NCBI RefSeq assembly: GCF_006345805.1
Contig: NC_042998.1
Coordinates: forward strand, 44,454,001 to 44,518,000
Direction: 5' to 3'
Length of the DNA stretch: 64,000 nucleotides
Source: Octopus sinensis
Lineage: Eukaryota
In this document: positions 39,598 through 53,177 of the stretch, one piece after another
Layout of the letters: each line of letters opens with the position of its first letter
Numbering within the stretch: the first letter of the stretch is position 1
Position numbers and translations under genes: made by a program
The notes under the pieces: model-generated
Databases searched by the model: none
What the model was told of the DNA's origin: nothing
What the model saw: the letters and a program-made list of their open reading frames with translations, nothing else

Positions 39598-41520
39598 ATA
39601 TAGAGAGATACACATATTTAACTATATATATATATACATACACATACACATAAATATGATCATGTCTGAACAGAGATATGGAGAATGATCACACGCTTAA
39701 ATCCTCCTCATAACACTGTAAATTAAACATTCAGATCAATTTGATTTGTGATATCATTGTCATAAAAATTTCATTTATCGCAGCATTACAGGACATGTTG
39801 GTCAGACTCTTACTTCTATTACACATTCTGCTCCACGTATTCAATTGTATGCATATTCTTTTCAGGTTGTTTATTTGAACGGTTTCAGGTAGCTTTCTTT
39901 CTTGTTTTTGTTACTGATTTTTTTTCTTTTTCGTAAGTGTTGCTTTCTTTCTAGGTTTATCCTCCATTTTTGCAAAACCCAAGATTATGCACATGTCTTG
40001 GCAACACCGTTCTAAATTCTTGTACAAAATTATATTGATGAGATACTTGCATATTCCCATGGACTCCTATTTTTGTAACCTTTCCAATAACTCTTTTTTA
40101 CAACAGAATTTGTTTAAGTCTTCGCGTAGAAGCTGTCTAACTGAAATTTCTTTTAAAATACATATTTTGCATCCGTTTTGTACCATAAAATCGCTCAACT
40201 AAGCGCATTATTTATTCCTCTTAAATCGAAAGGAGTATTAAGAACACAAGATGTCTTCACATAACCTTGTTGCTTTTATAGCTTTTTCATCATAACGTTA
40301 ATTAAATTTCCCTAGTTTTTATACTAAAACACTTATTAACTTCTAAAATTAAAATCATAAAAGACCCGTATACATAATGTTCCACCTTCTACGATAGTGA
40401 CAATCGACTTCAAGAACACGTATTCTTAACTATAGCTAATTAAATTGTATTCCCCAGAATTTCACTAGTGCTTCTTTCATGAAAATCCAAACAGACGAAA
40501 ATGAATAGTGATTCCAAACTGATTGGATTCTTCGTAGCTAATCTTGCATATAGATAAGCATTGGCACGTCAATTTTAGATTAAAATAAGGAATTAACCGA
40601 TACGTTGTTCAATTTTGGCTACATACTGGCGGTCCTGAGGATTTGGCATAGACCATTAATTGTTGATCGCATGAGTATAATGTTTAATATCTTTATTTTA
40701 ATATCCGTTGATATTAAATTAACTTTCGAGGGATTAATTCTCTTCAGTTCAACGATTAAAGAAAAGATATAGTGCTATAATGACATTAGTGGAAGGAACC
40801 TATCTGTACAGTGAATAGCAAAAGCAGAGAGACATTATAATAATCTAAGAGTTAAACATACTACGCACTCAGTCTAGTGAATTGGATAGCACTTTCACGC
40901 TTTTATTAAGAAGTACGTAGTTTGATTTCAGTCACATGTTATTTACCTTTGATATTTAGTTTTGCTATTTCAGATTTACTACTTTAGCTGTTAACACGTA
41001 CATATACATCTTGCATTAATTTGTGTAATTGCTGTGTGTGTGAATTTGTGTGTGTGTGTGTTTGAGTGTGGTGTGGATGTGTTGAGTATATGTGGATTTG
41101 TGTGATGTGTTTGTATATGCATATGAGGTGTCTTCGTCATTCAACTATGAGAATTCAGGAGTTCGATCAGCTGCATAAAAGGCTCCTAAATCAATGTAAG
41201 AATAGCTGAGCATCACAAAGACACGTGTATCCATAATTCGCAGGTAGAATCAGTATGACATAGTATGTGAAAAGAACCTATCTTTTGAATTTATAGGCAC
41301 ATTATAAAGTACTTGTCACTTACTAGATCGATGCACTTGACTTGCTAATTTTCTGTCATCTTGTTGGCCTTCTGCTAAAATTTGAAAGAATTATTCGGAT
41401 AGTAGTTTAGACTGTCATTTGATTTTCATACAGACACACACACACACACAACACACACACACACACACACACACACACCACACATATATATATATATATA
41501 TCTATATATATATATATATA

Positions 41521-41931
41521 TCTTTTTCTCTTTTACTTGTTTCAGTCAGTTGACTGCGGCCATGCTGGAGCACCGCCTTTAGTCGAGCAACTCGACCCCA
41601 GGATTTATTCTTTGTAAGCCCAGTACTTATTCTATCGATCTCTTTTGACGAACGGCTAAGTGACGGGGACATAAACACACCAGCATCGGTTGTCAAGCAA
41701 TGCTAGGGGGACAAACACAGACACACAAACATACATGCACACACATATATATATATATACATATATACGACGGGCTTATTTCAGTTTCCGTCAAACAAAT
41801 CCACTCACAAGGCTTTGGTCGGCCCGAAACTATAGTAGAAGACACTTGCCCAAGGTGCCACGCATTGGGACTGAACCCGGAACCATGTGGTTGGTAAGCA
41901 AGCTACTTACCACCCAGCCACTCCTGCACCT
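41521..41931 (-). mobile_element. SINE family 1, full length
   Basis: Complete head, central domain and tail; extra head fragment at ~41975-41999. Confidence 0.92.
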
Positions 41932-43934
41932 ATGAAACAATGAAACCCCTATATGAAACACAGAAAGAAAAGTCATTGCTTACCACACAGCCACTCCTAT
42001 ATATATATAGCATAATAGATATTATTAAATGCATATGCTTAATGTATATGCTTCGTATACTTTCCAGTGGTTGCAATAACGTGGTGGAGTATATACAGTC
42101 CCAAAGCACCGGTTGTTAAAACACCTCAGTCTTGGTTTAACACCTGAGGCTTTGAGAGTGAAGTGCACTTCAAGTGACCCAGTTATAATCGTTTAGCCCT
42201 ATATCAACTGAGCAGACGTATAATGAAAGAATATGTAACGCTTGCTTAATTCAAGTATTATATATCTAGAATCACATCCTTAAATGTGTCACTTATTTCT
42301 TGATCATAGTGTGTAATTTAAGATTTGGTTGTTCCTTCTAGACGATCAAGTTCAGATTGTTCTGTGATAGTCACTTCTTTCGGTCCGCTAAATGTAAATT
42401 ACCCACTTGCATGTTGAACTGATTCTTCCAGTTTTCTCCATGATTATCACATGTATTAATTTAAAGTATTCGTTACTCTGACATTTGACCACTTTCTCAT
42501 CTAGTCACCACTACACGAGAGATGATAAAATTTATATAGTATCTAAAAAAGACATTGAACTAATTATCTTATGTTTCAAAGATAGAAACGTTCTTGCCAG
42601 AGAAGAAATCTTTAGATGGCCGCTCGACCTGCAACAAATAGAACCCATATCTACTTTAAATCACATCTCACTGTCTAAAAGAAGTTCAGAACACATTCGA
42701 TAGCATCCTTCATCACTGGACTGCTCAATCAGTGTCAATTTAGGACTAAGTAAAAACAACAACAACACTAATATATAAGCATACTTCAAAATAAGGAATA
42801 TTGTACACAATCTTAAAAATATGCTTCTGCGCAACAAAACTTATAGACTCATGGCAGAGTCTGATTAATATTTACTTAAGTCCAATAATAATGCTCAGAG
42901 TAAGACATTTATCCAAGTGAAACTATAAACACCAGAGTTGCTATAACTCATACGAATAACCATATTTCGACGAGTTCGAACTGGTAGTCATGTTATTTAA
43001 TGCCATTCATACAACTATCGGTTAAGTTACATTTTAATATATAAAGCATGGAAAACATGCTACGTTACAATAATATAGATGCAATACCTTCTTTGTTTTC
43101 ATAATTTCTTTGCAGTCAAACATTTGATTGATTCTGAGACATCATTTTGCAACCCATGCTAAATGAGCATTTATAAGACTCATATCGTTTCAGAGCATTT
43201 ATCAAAGTCATATCGTTTCACTCTCACGCTCATATCGTTTTATTTTCAAACCCTTACTTACTGATCATGAATGGACTCAAACACTTGCTCATTGAACTTG
43301 GATCATTTTTTTCTTAACATTTTGAGACGTGTTCCTCCTTTTTTTTTTGCTCCTTGTCGAGCCATGCCTGGCTCATAAGGGCCGGTTCCCCGGTTTCCTT
43401 GGCGTATATATTAAATATTTTCTTCCACTTTTTGCATTCTTGAATCGACACACCAGCAAAAGTTAAACGTACTTCTAGTAATCACCCGCAGAACATACAG
43501 ATGTCAAGCAAAATTATAGAAGTCCTCGTTATATTTTGTGGAAGACAGCTACATTTGTTCTGAACAATCGGTGCATATGTATATTAAAAAGTGTTGCATA
43601 AGTGGAAGCCAGACGATATGTTCCAAAAGCAGTCGTACTGCGGAAGTTGGACGACATTTGTAGAAACCAGTTGCACTAGTTCTGGAACTCGGGACGATAT
43701 GATGAAAACATTGTGGATATTTACCCAGTATTCTAATAGCTCTTCAACGTCACGTAAACTAAATAATGATTCGATGTCTTCATCGAACGACATCTATTTT
43801 GCATACGCTAATAAAATAACGATATATTTTTCTTCTATTTTTGCGACAGAAGTGACAGATTCTCATCTCTGTCAGGCATAGGTTAAAAAAGTATATGAGG
43901 CTTGGAGCCATATCCATAACATAAATTATTTTAC

Positions 43935-43986
<52 letters not shown>

Positions 43987-44808
43987 TCTCTCGCTCGCTC
44001 GCTCTCAAAAGATTTGTTTTTAGAAATCTGTTAAAAGAGATATTTTTAAAAGCATTAAAATAACAAAATATAATCGAAGGAACGGCTAGTAAAGATAATT
44101 CTATACTTGATATTAATGTTTATATACATTCATACATACACACACACACGCACACACACACGCATATATATATATATAAATATATATGTATGTATATATA
44201 CATATATACATATATATATGTGTGTGTGTATACATACATATATATATATATATATACAAACACATACAAACAAATATGTAAATGTGTGTTTGTGTTCGCG
44301 TGTGTACATGTATAAACTTATGTATAGTAACACCTAAATATATTTGCATGTATGCATAGATTTATGGATGAGTGTGGTATAAGTGCCACAATAAATATAC
44401 GTGTACAAATTTTAGCTTCACTCGAAGAGACAAGTATAAAAATAGATCTCTTAGTCTTAGAATTAGTGTAATTTTTTTCCACTTTTTCTTTTAAATCGTT
44501 TTAAGCTGCCGTTGCTAGCAAAGTAAAAAACTTAAAATATAGAAATTAAATAAATATGAAAAAGAAAATATATATTCGTTTAGATAGAAATAGTATTCTG
44601 TTTTGTTCCCTCCCGAAGAAAACATTGGAATCATTACCGTACAATGCATAATGTGTTGGTTATACACATACTCAATCATGTATAGATACACACACACACA
44701 CACAAAATCATACATACATACATACATATGAATATACATGGATGCGTATAAATGTGTATGTGTTCATATGCCTGTGTATATACACCCCCATACATACACA
44801 CACACATA

Positions 44809-45025
44809 CGAGGGGGTATTGAAAAGTTCTTGGCTTTGGGTAAAAGAAAATACAGGAGGATCAGTTAATTTTGATTTTATTCAATATATTACCCTCTTAT
44901 ATTCACACATTTACTTCAGCGGTTCTTCAGTTTTTCTAAACGCTGTAAAAGAACTCGGAAATTTGGGCCTCCAGCCAGGTCATCCGTGATACCCTTAAAG
45001 CCAGGAACATTTCAGCAGCCTCTCA
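44809..45025. mobile_element. Mariner-type MITE
   Basis: TA|cgagggggtattgaaaagttcttggcttt ... aaagccaggaacatttcagcagcctctca|TA. Confidence 0.8.
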
Positions 45026-45102
45026 TATTTATATATACACATATGCAATAACTATGATCTTCTCTATAAAGAGAGCGAATACAGAAACAGTTAGCAATAG
45101 CG

Positions 45103-45890
45103 TTAGCTTCGAAGACATATATATGTAATAACTGTAATAAATTGCTTTTGACTTGAATGACCTATAGACACAGTAGCAACAATATCTAAATTCTCTTGAT
45201 ACAGATGCTTCATCATATGAGTGCATGGGGTGTTGCCTCTGATAATAGCATAGTGTACTGGTGAGAGGAAATATAATGGATGTAAAGTGAAGAGGCGATC
45301 CAGTTTAAGTTGTTGAAAGAGTTCGAATTTCATAACATCAGTTATGAATTATTTGATGTCATGACTGTAGAAATATTTTTAAATAGACATATCTTTTAGC
45401 GTTCTCGTTCTTATTGCATCTGCTGCCGCCAATAGAGCAGCGCTAATGTAAAATATTGCTGAAAGCAGTTTCAGTAACATGGACTATGTTACTGATGCAT
45501 CAGTATTTTGATATTTATATTCTAACTGCTTAACGTTAACAAGTTAGATTGTCATTAATGTGGTTCGTTAAATATTTATCGTTTTCACTAAGATCCACGT
45601 CTCTATTGTTCTTCTCTGGCATTGTATGCTTACGATATTTATCAAAATTTCGAAAATATTTCGTAGTTGGGTTAGTTGAGTAAATTCTACTCTGAATGTA
45701 CCAATTTAGACCGCGTTCGATTATTAGAGAATATAATTAAATAGTATCGTTCTTCCATGCAACCATAATAACCGCTTTCTGGCACATACTGTATTGCTCA
45801 CAACATATAACAATTGTAAACAACTTTGCATTTCTTATTGAGCTCTGGAATGAATCTTCAACGTGTCAATCATTTTCAGATATTTCTTGA
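45103..45890 (-). pseudogene. Decayed ankyrin-repeat-like coding sequence
   Basis: SPVHYAIIRGNTPCTHMMKHLYQENLDIVA, SSIRNAKLFTIV and AWKNDTI*LYSLIIERGLN resemble ANK repeats; long frames with few stops. Confidence 0.4.
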
Positions 45891-46384
45891 ACATGGGATT
45901 TTTATGATCGTTCACAAATATATTTTATTGGTGTACACACACACATATATATATATACAATATATCGTATAATATATATATATATATATAAACACACACC
46001 TGCATATATGAGTACAGGACGTCACCAAAGGTGCAAACAACATGAAATACGGAAACAAATGAGTTAAATACGTAAAGAACGAGAAAAAATGGAAAACAGG
46101 ACAAGTAAGCACAGAGAAAGGACCCTTCATAAGTTATCGGCTGTCTATCTTCGCCTAATTTCGAGCATTCAACGACAATATGAGTCTTGAAAGACAATTG
46201 CTCCCATAAATTCAAAAATAAAATTTAGGATTTATGGAGTGTCAAAGTTGGGGACAAAAACATGACAAAGGAGACATACAGGAAAACCGAAGGAAAACAG
46301 ACATAGAGGATTGTTAGAGCAGAATGAGAGGAAAATAGTGAACGCTGGGAGAAACAATTTTTATTTAAAAGAGAAAAGACAGAA

Positions 46385-46420
<36 letters not shown>

Positions 46421-46850
46421 ACATCTGTTCTTTCGAGCGTCTGTGCAGGAAAAGGAAGATGGTTACGTGAGGAAAAGAAAGATGGATGATGATCACGTGT
46501 GAGTAATGAGAGAGAGAGAGAAAGAGGACGAAGGGGCAGAGAGATACAAAGCGGTGAAGGCGGGAGAGGACAAAAAGCGAATTAGTGAAGAATGGAGGAA
46601 GAAAACAGTATAGAGTAGAGAGTGACATCAAAAAGGTGAAGATAAACTTACTTGGAAATGAATACGTTGCGTTCAATAAAATAAAATAATATATATTATA
46701 TATGTATGTATATATGTATGTATATTTATATATATAAATATTATATTATATATATATATATATATATAGATATATAATATATATATAATATATATATATA
46801 CTATATATATATGTTTCAAAGACATATGTTTCAAAGACATATGTTTCAAA

Positions 46851-46927
46851 GACATATGTTTCAAAGACTGCATATTCCTAATTCCGAACGAATAAAGGGT
46901 GCATTATGCCGCCTTCTCATCAGGAAA
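46851..46927 (-). ncRNA. Hammerhead motif with long helix II; 3' strand of helix I replaced by tandem repeat
   Basis: UUUC CUGAUGA GAAGGC..GCAUA...UAUGC..GUCUUU GAAA CAUAUGU C then UUUGAAAC repeats. Confidence 0.6.
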
Positions 46928-47020
46928 GACAAGAAAATTATGTCAGCATCATGACGAACAAAAACTTTTAGATGACTGCCCACACGGAGTCCATAGTGAT
47001 GCTGACATAATTTCCTTGTC

Positions 47021-47101
47021 TTTCCTGATGAGAAGGTAGCATAATGCACCCTTTATTCATTCGGAATTAGGAATATGCAGTCTTAGAAACATATGTCGAG
47101 A
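47021..47101 (+). ncRNA. Type I hammerhead ribozyme with extended helix II and palindromic helix III
   Basis: UUUC|CUGAUGA|GAAGG..GCAUA-(30 nt)-UAUGC..UCUUA|GAAA|CAUAUGU|C^GAGA; ACAUAUGU is a perfect palindrome; predicted cut after 47097. Confidence 0.72.
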
Positions 47102-47954
47102 ATAAAGGAATTGTGTTAAATCGTCGTTCAACTCCATTCTTTCATTTATTTATAGTAAAAAAAACACAAATTTCCACACGAAAGCACGTGATCTCTGCCC
47201 TTGGCATGTAGCTTCAACCGTGTTTTCTGACGTGAGTTTGCTACCCGGGTATCATTAACCGAATTATCCATACTTGGATAATTCATTCAACTACTTATAT
47301 ATATATATAATACGTAAACTACAAGTAAAAATTGAAAACAGGACAAGTAAACACAGAGAAAGGACCAGATCAGTTTTCAGCTGTCTCCTCATTTCGAGCT
47401 ACGATATATCCTCACTCATAGGTAGTTGTTTCTCTTGTAAATCAACAACCGGAAAACCCCTACATCATATCACTACAGGATCAAATACTAGAGAGGAGAT
47501 TGGTGCTTGAGTCCAATCATCAACAGAATATTCGTCTCAAATTATATAGAAGCAAGCATTTATAATTAATTTATAATAAATATATCCCTATGATTATAAT
47601 ATTGATTAGTATGGTAATGTTAGAATATGACACACTTATTAGTATTATAACGTTAGAATAGGCATATAGTTTAAATATGACCAACAAAAAAATGTACAGC
47701 AATGTTGGTAACATTGTTTTTGATGGTAACTAGTAAGATGTTTACAAAAGTTTCTTGGCACATAATGAAAAGTCAGTTATTTCGTCTGATCTCTGGTGAA
47801 TCAACAATGAAGAAATACCTCATGCTGCTTGTAGCCAGGCAGATGTAGCACCGGTCTAGACACCGTCTCCTTAGCTCTCTGTTTACTTCAGTATGTCTGA
47901 TGTTTGGACGTGGATATATTTTGGTGGGGTTGAGGGTTACTTCAGAATAGAGCA

Positions 47955-48054
47955 NNNNNNNNNNNNNNNNNNNNNNNNNNNNNNNNNNNNNNNNNNNNNN
48001 NNNNNNNNNNNNNNNNNNNNNNNNNNNNNNNNNNNNNNNNNNNNNNNNNNNNNN
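47955..48054. other. 100-N assembly gap
   Basis: Run of N. Confidence 1.
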
Positions 48055-48387
48055 GCATAACCTTTCAGATTTTTTACTCACAGCAATATGTTAAAATGAT
48101 TTTGGCTTCATTTTCTCGTGGTCGCACGTCTTATAAATATATATAAAAAAAGAATTCTTTTTCATAACACATTATATGTTTTCAAAAGTGTAAAAATAGA
48201 AAAATAATAAAACGTTAGTAGAGAAGGACATGTGAGCAGATGTAATCCTAGATACACTATATCTGACAAGAACAAAAGGGAAAAATATAGGTAGTTGCTA
48301 TGGTAAATGTTGGAATGCCTTTCGTCATACGGTTGCTCCACCGAGTAATTCAGGAGGTGTTTTTTTGGAATAAACCCATGAATATAG

Positions 48388-48389
<2 letters not shown>

Positions 48390-48418
<29 letters not shown>

Positions 48419-48450
48419 AATAATGATGGTGATGATAATGATAATAATAA

Positions 48451-48483
<33 letters not shown>

Positions 48484-48555
48484 TTAATGATAATGATAAT
48501 AATGATAATGATAATGATAATAATAATGATGATGATAATGATAATAATAATGATA

Positions 48556-48590
<35 letters not shown>

Positions 48591-48630
48591 AATAATGATA
48601 ATGATAATAATAATAATAATGATGATGATG

Positions 48631-48668
<38 letters not shown>

Positions 48669-48735
48669 GATAATAATAATAATAATAATAATATAATAAT
48701 GATAATGATAATAATGATGATGATGATGATGATGA
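48390..48735. repeat. (AAT)n/(GAT)n compound microsatellite
   Basis: Directly visible. Confidence 0.95.
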
Positions 48736-48850
48736 GTGACCGGTTATATTACTGGGAGAAAAGGGTCTGCCTATTTAAGTCGTTACTTGTTCTGTATCAC
48801 TTTACATCTCTAGCAAGCTGAAGCACGTGGTAAGCAGCAAATACAAAAAT

Positions 48851-48972
48851 GGATATGGGGTAAGAAGCTTGCTTCCCGACTACATAGTCTGGGGTTCAGT
48901 CCCACTGCGTGGCACCTTGGGCAAGTGCCTTCTGAGTGGATTTGGTAGACGGAAACTGAAACAAGCCCGTCG

Positions 48973-49015
<43 letters not shown>

Positions 49016-49218
49016 CTGTGTTTGTCCCCCCACCATCGCTTGACAACTGATATTGGCGTGTTTACGTACACGTCACTTAGCGGTTCGTCAAAATAATCGA
49101 TAGAATAAGTGGTATGCTTACGAGATAATTAGTTCTGGGTCAATTTGTTCGACTAAAGATGGCGCCCCGTCATGGCCGCAGTCAAATGATGAAACAAGTA
49201 AAAGAATAAAAGAATAAA
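48851..49218 (+). mobile_element. SINE family 1
   Basis: Head, central domain and tail ...catggccgcagtcaaatgatgaaacaagtaaaag. Confidence 0.88.
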
Positions 49219-49219
49219 T

Positions 49220-49253
<34 letters not shown>

Positions 49254-49738
49254 GTATGCATGTATGTATATATGTGTGTGTATGTGTGTGTGTAATGTAA
49301 TGAAATATATGATATATATATATATATATGTTATAAACAAACATACGTATTTATTTCTGATAAATCAGATGTTTATGAGTTTACAAAAGGTGTGTGTGTG
49401 TGTGTATTAGTGTGTTTGTATGTGTGTGTGTGTTGTGTGTGAGAGTGCGTGTGAGGTGTAAGCTTACATATGTGTATATATACATATGTGTGTGTGTATG
49501 TATTTATGTAAGTAACTACCGGCCTCACCTCATATACATACATCCATATATACATGCGCGCTCACATAGACGCATACGCGCACACACACTCACGCATATA
49601 TATTGTATGTACGGGTGTATGGGGGTGTATGCATGTACGTATGAATGTATGGCCACAGATCGTGAGCTGAAACTAGATAAAATAAAATAAATAAAATAAA
49701 ATATGTATATAAACATGTATATCATCATCATCATTATC

Positions 49739-49769
<31 letters not shown>

Positions 49770-50010
49770 ACATAGTTGTTGTTAAGTTTGAATTCCACTG
49801 AGGATGGCAACTTTCATCCGGTCGGGGTCGATGTAATTGTATAGCCCACCCTCCTTAAAAATTGCTGGCCGTGTGCCAAAATTTGAAACCATCGTTATTA
49901 TTGCTATTGTTATTGTTATTATTGCTGTCGTCATTATTGTATGCCGGGTATATTTGCTGTGTTTTTTATAAGTTTTCTGTTGACTTATCACCGTTATTAT
50001 TATTATCACC

Positions 50011-50305
50011 GTTTTAAATTACTCCGAGGTTGACTTTGCCTTTTATCGTTTCGGAGTCGACTAAATAAGAACCAGTTACGCTCTGGGGTCGATGTAATCG
50101 ACTGGTCCCCTCTCACTAAATTTCAGGCCTTGTGCCTTTTGTAGAAAAGATTATCGTTGTTAGTGTTTCAAATTGCACCGAGGTCAACTTTGTCTTTCAT
50201 TCTTTAGGCGTCGATCAAATAAGTACCAGTTACGCACTGGGGTCGATGTAATCGACATGGGCCCTCTCCGCGAATATCAGGTCTCGTGCCTTTAATAGAA
50301 AGTAT
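50011..50305 (+). mobile_element. Two adjacent 5'-truncated SINE family 3 copies
   Basis: 50011-50152 and 50165-50305: ccgaggt(t/c)gactttg...ggggtcgatgtaatcgac...cttgtgcc. Confidence 0.8.
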
Positions 50306-50929
50306 TATCATTATTGTTGTTGTTGTCCACCACGTTTTCAGTTCTAATCAAACAGATCTAAAAATCGAAGACGTTTCTAACCGTGACTATCCAATCTAAT
50401 TCAGAAACGTGTCTTAAACAGAATAACATCGTATAAAACTTGCACACTTCGGACTAGATTTGACCATTATTTCTAGCCAATCAAACCGACCACCTTGAAG
50501 CACCACGCTTTGTTATTGTGGTTGTCATCGCAATGATTAGATGCATTTGCGACATCCTTTCCGGCCTAATAACTCCGTTATCTACTTTCGCTTTCTCCCG
50601 CTGAATCCCATTACATTTCACTTAGGTATTTAACAAATTCCTGGAGAATGGACATGAGAATCCACCACCACACCATACTGACTTAATATACTAGTTGCAG
50701 ATTTTTTTCCTTTCGTAACGGTTTTTGTTCGTTTTTATTTTATTTATTTCAAATGTTTAGGTTAAAAAGTATCGATGTTGCTATCTGGACTATTGTTGTG
50801 ATTATCGGAGTAATTCACCTATTTTTTTTTTTAATCTTTATTTTTATTACTTATTTATTTATTTATTTATTTATTATTTTCACTGCCACATTGATGCAGC
50901 TGTTGTAGTTGCGGATAATGACCTCGACG

Positions 50930-51013
50930 ATGACGACGACGATGGCTAAGGAGATGGTGGTGGTGGTGGCGGTGGTGGTGAGGAGTGGTATTGGGACTGG
51001 TGCTGGTCATGAC

Positions 51014-51048
<35 letters not shown>

Positions 51049-51060
51049 GCATGATGAGCA

Positions 51061-51094
<34 letters not shown>

Positions 51095-51380
51095 GTTGAT
51101 GGTGGTAGTGGTGGTGGTGGTGGTGGTGGTGGTGGTGGTGGTGGTGGTGGTGGTGGTTGTGATAACGGTGATGAATGATGACGATGATGATCTTCATCAT
51201 CGTGATCATGATGATCTTAATGAAGATGGTGGTGGAGTTAGTTGTGATGACGGTGTTGATGATTATGATGATGACAATGATGACAATGAGGAGGAAAAGG
51301 ACGGTGGTGTTGATAGTGGTGGTAGTGGTGGTGGTGGTGGTGGTGACGATGATGATGATGATGATGACAATGATGGTGAT
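50930..51380. repeat. (GAT)n/(GGT)n compound microsatellite
   Basis: Directly visible; gives poly-D/G/H ORFs. Confidence 0.95.
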
Positions 51381-52178
51381 GTGAATGCTTGTTTACTACG
51401 GTGCTAGATCTCTGACAGGCTTCAGTGTTTTTCGGTCTGTCAGTGCCTTGTGCGCTTGTTGCTCTGCTGTGTTACTCATAACGTTCGATATTGGTGCTAT
51501 TTGCCATTTATGATGATGATGATGATGATGATTCTATTGCTACTGACGGACGCTGCTGACGGACGCTGCTGCTGCCGCTGCAACTACACATGTTGCTTGC
51601 TGGCTCTAACTTCTACTAGCACTACCCTTAACTACTATCACTACTACTACTCCCCCCCTGTTGCTGCTACTATTGTTACCGGTGGATGTGATGGCGGACT
51701 TGTCGTCTTGCCCTTTGCCACTCGTACCCCCCTAACTTGTTGCTCGAAATGTTATGTCTGCGTAATGAGATCTAATTTAACTGAGATTGCGTTAATATTC
51801 TTCCTCTTCTTTCTTTCCTCTTCCTTCTCTCCATCGAATCCTTCCTAAGTCGTTTCTTTTTACCTCTTATTCCTTCTCTCACTTGCTTTTTCATATTGGT
51901 CCTTTTCTTTGCAATTCTCATTTTTATCCTAGTTTTCCTTTGTTTGCTTCCTGCCCCTCTCCCTATACCCAATCTCCTTCACTCCCCTTTTCTCTCTCTC
52001 TCTCTTTTCTCTCTCTCTCTCTCTCTCTTCAATCTCTTTCTGTCTGTCCTGGTTCTAAATAGTTCTTGTGGCTATGATTCATTCACTTTTCATTTCTGTC
52101 TTTCGCTAACATGAAATGTTTAGAAATATACACGTTGAGGCACACATAGGTGTGTGTATTCAATGAATAAGTTGACAT

Positions 52179-52226
<48 letters not shown>

Positions 52227-52329
52227 ATGTATATATAGAGATAGATAGAGAAGTAAATACATACATGGGTGTGTGTGCACGAGTGAGAGAGAGTGTGTGT
52301 ATGTATATTCGATGAATGAGTTGACATAT

Positions 52330-52403
<74 letters not shown>

Positions 52404-53136
52404 ATATGTATGTATGTATATATAATAGAGAGAGAGATAGAGAAAAAATATATACATGCATACATACATACATACATACATACATACATACATACATACA
52501 CACACACATTCATACATACGTACATACATACGCCATACATACATACATACATACATACATACATACATACATACATACATAGGCACATATATACATACAA
52601 ATACATGACAGACAAATACATGACAGACAAATAAACAGACGCATACAGATACGCATACAGGCCAACATACACACACACACATGATGTAATGGAATTTTAG
52701 ACATTTTAATAGCGACATCAATTTTAATATATTTATATATCTGCGCTTGCATGAACATGTATCTGTTTATTTGAATATATACCTGTTTTATGCGAGTATT
52801 TCAATGTGCACCTGTGTTTGTAGGTATTGGCGGACAGAAGCTTAGAAGTCTGGATGGATAGGTGGATGGAGAGATGGATGGAGAAATGGATGAATGCATC
52901 AGTGGATAGATCGATAGATTGATGGATGGATGGATGGATGGATGGCGAGATTAAAACCAGGAGTATAACGCATCTGTTGAATAATTTCCGATCAACATTG
53001 ACTGCACATACGGCCACAGAGAGTAACATAGAGACATACATACATACATACATACATACATACATACATACATACATACATACACACATGCATACATACA
53101 TACATATACACATACACATGCATACATACATACATA

Positions 53137-53177
<41 letters not shown>

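Larger units (their letters stand above)
46851..47160. mobile_element. Fold-back Penelope-like element; 101-bp arms (5 mismatches), 45-nt spacer
   Basis: 46851-46951 is inverted at 46997-47097; the right arm continues with gagAATAAAgg... Confidence 0.85.

Noticed and set aside
46010-46215. Repeat family (also ~47330-47410) with gctcGAAA and a T-rich end, like a PLE terminus
   Set aside because: Cores too decayed in both copies to call a ribozyme; worth rechecking with a consensus.
47773-48081. ORF spanning the N gap
   Set aside because: Artefact of the 100-N gap.
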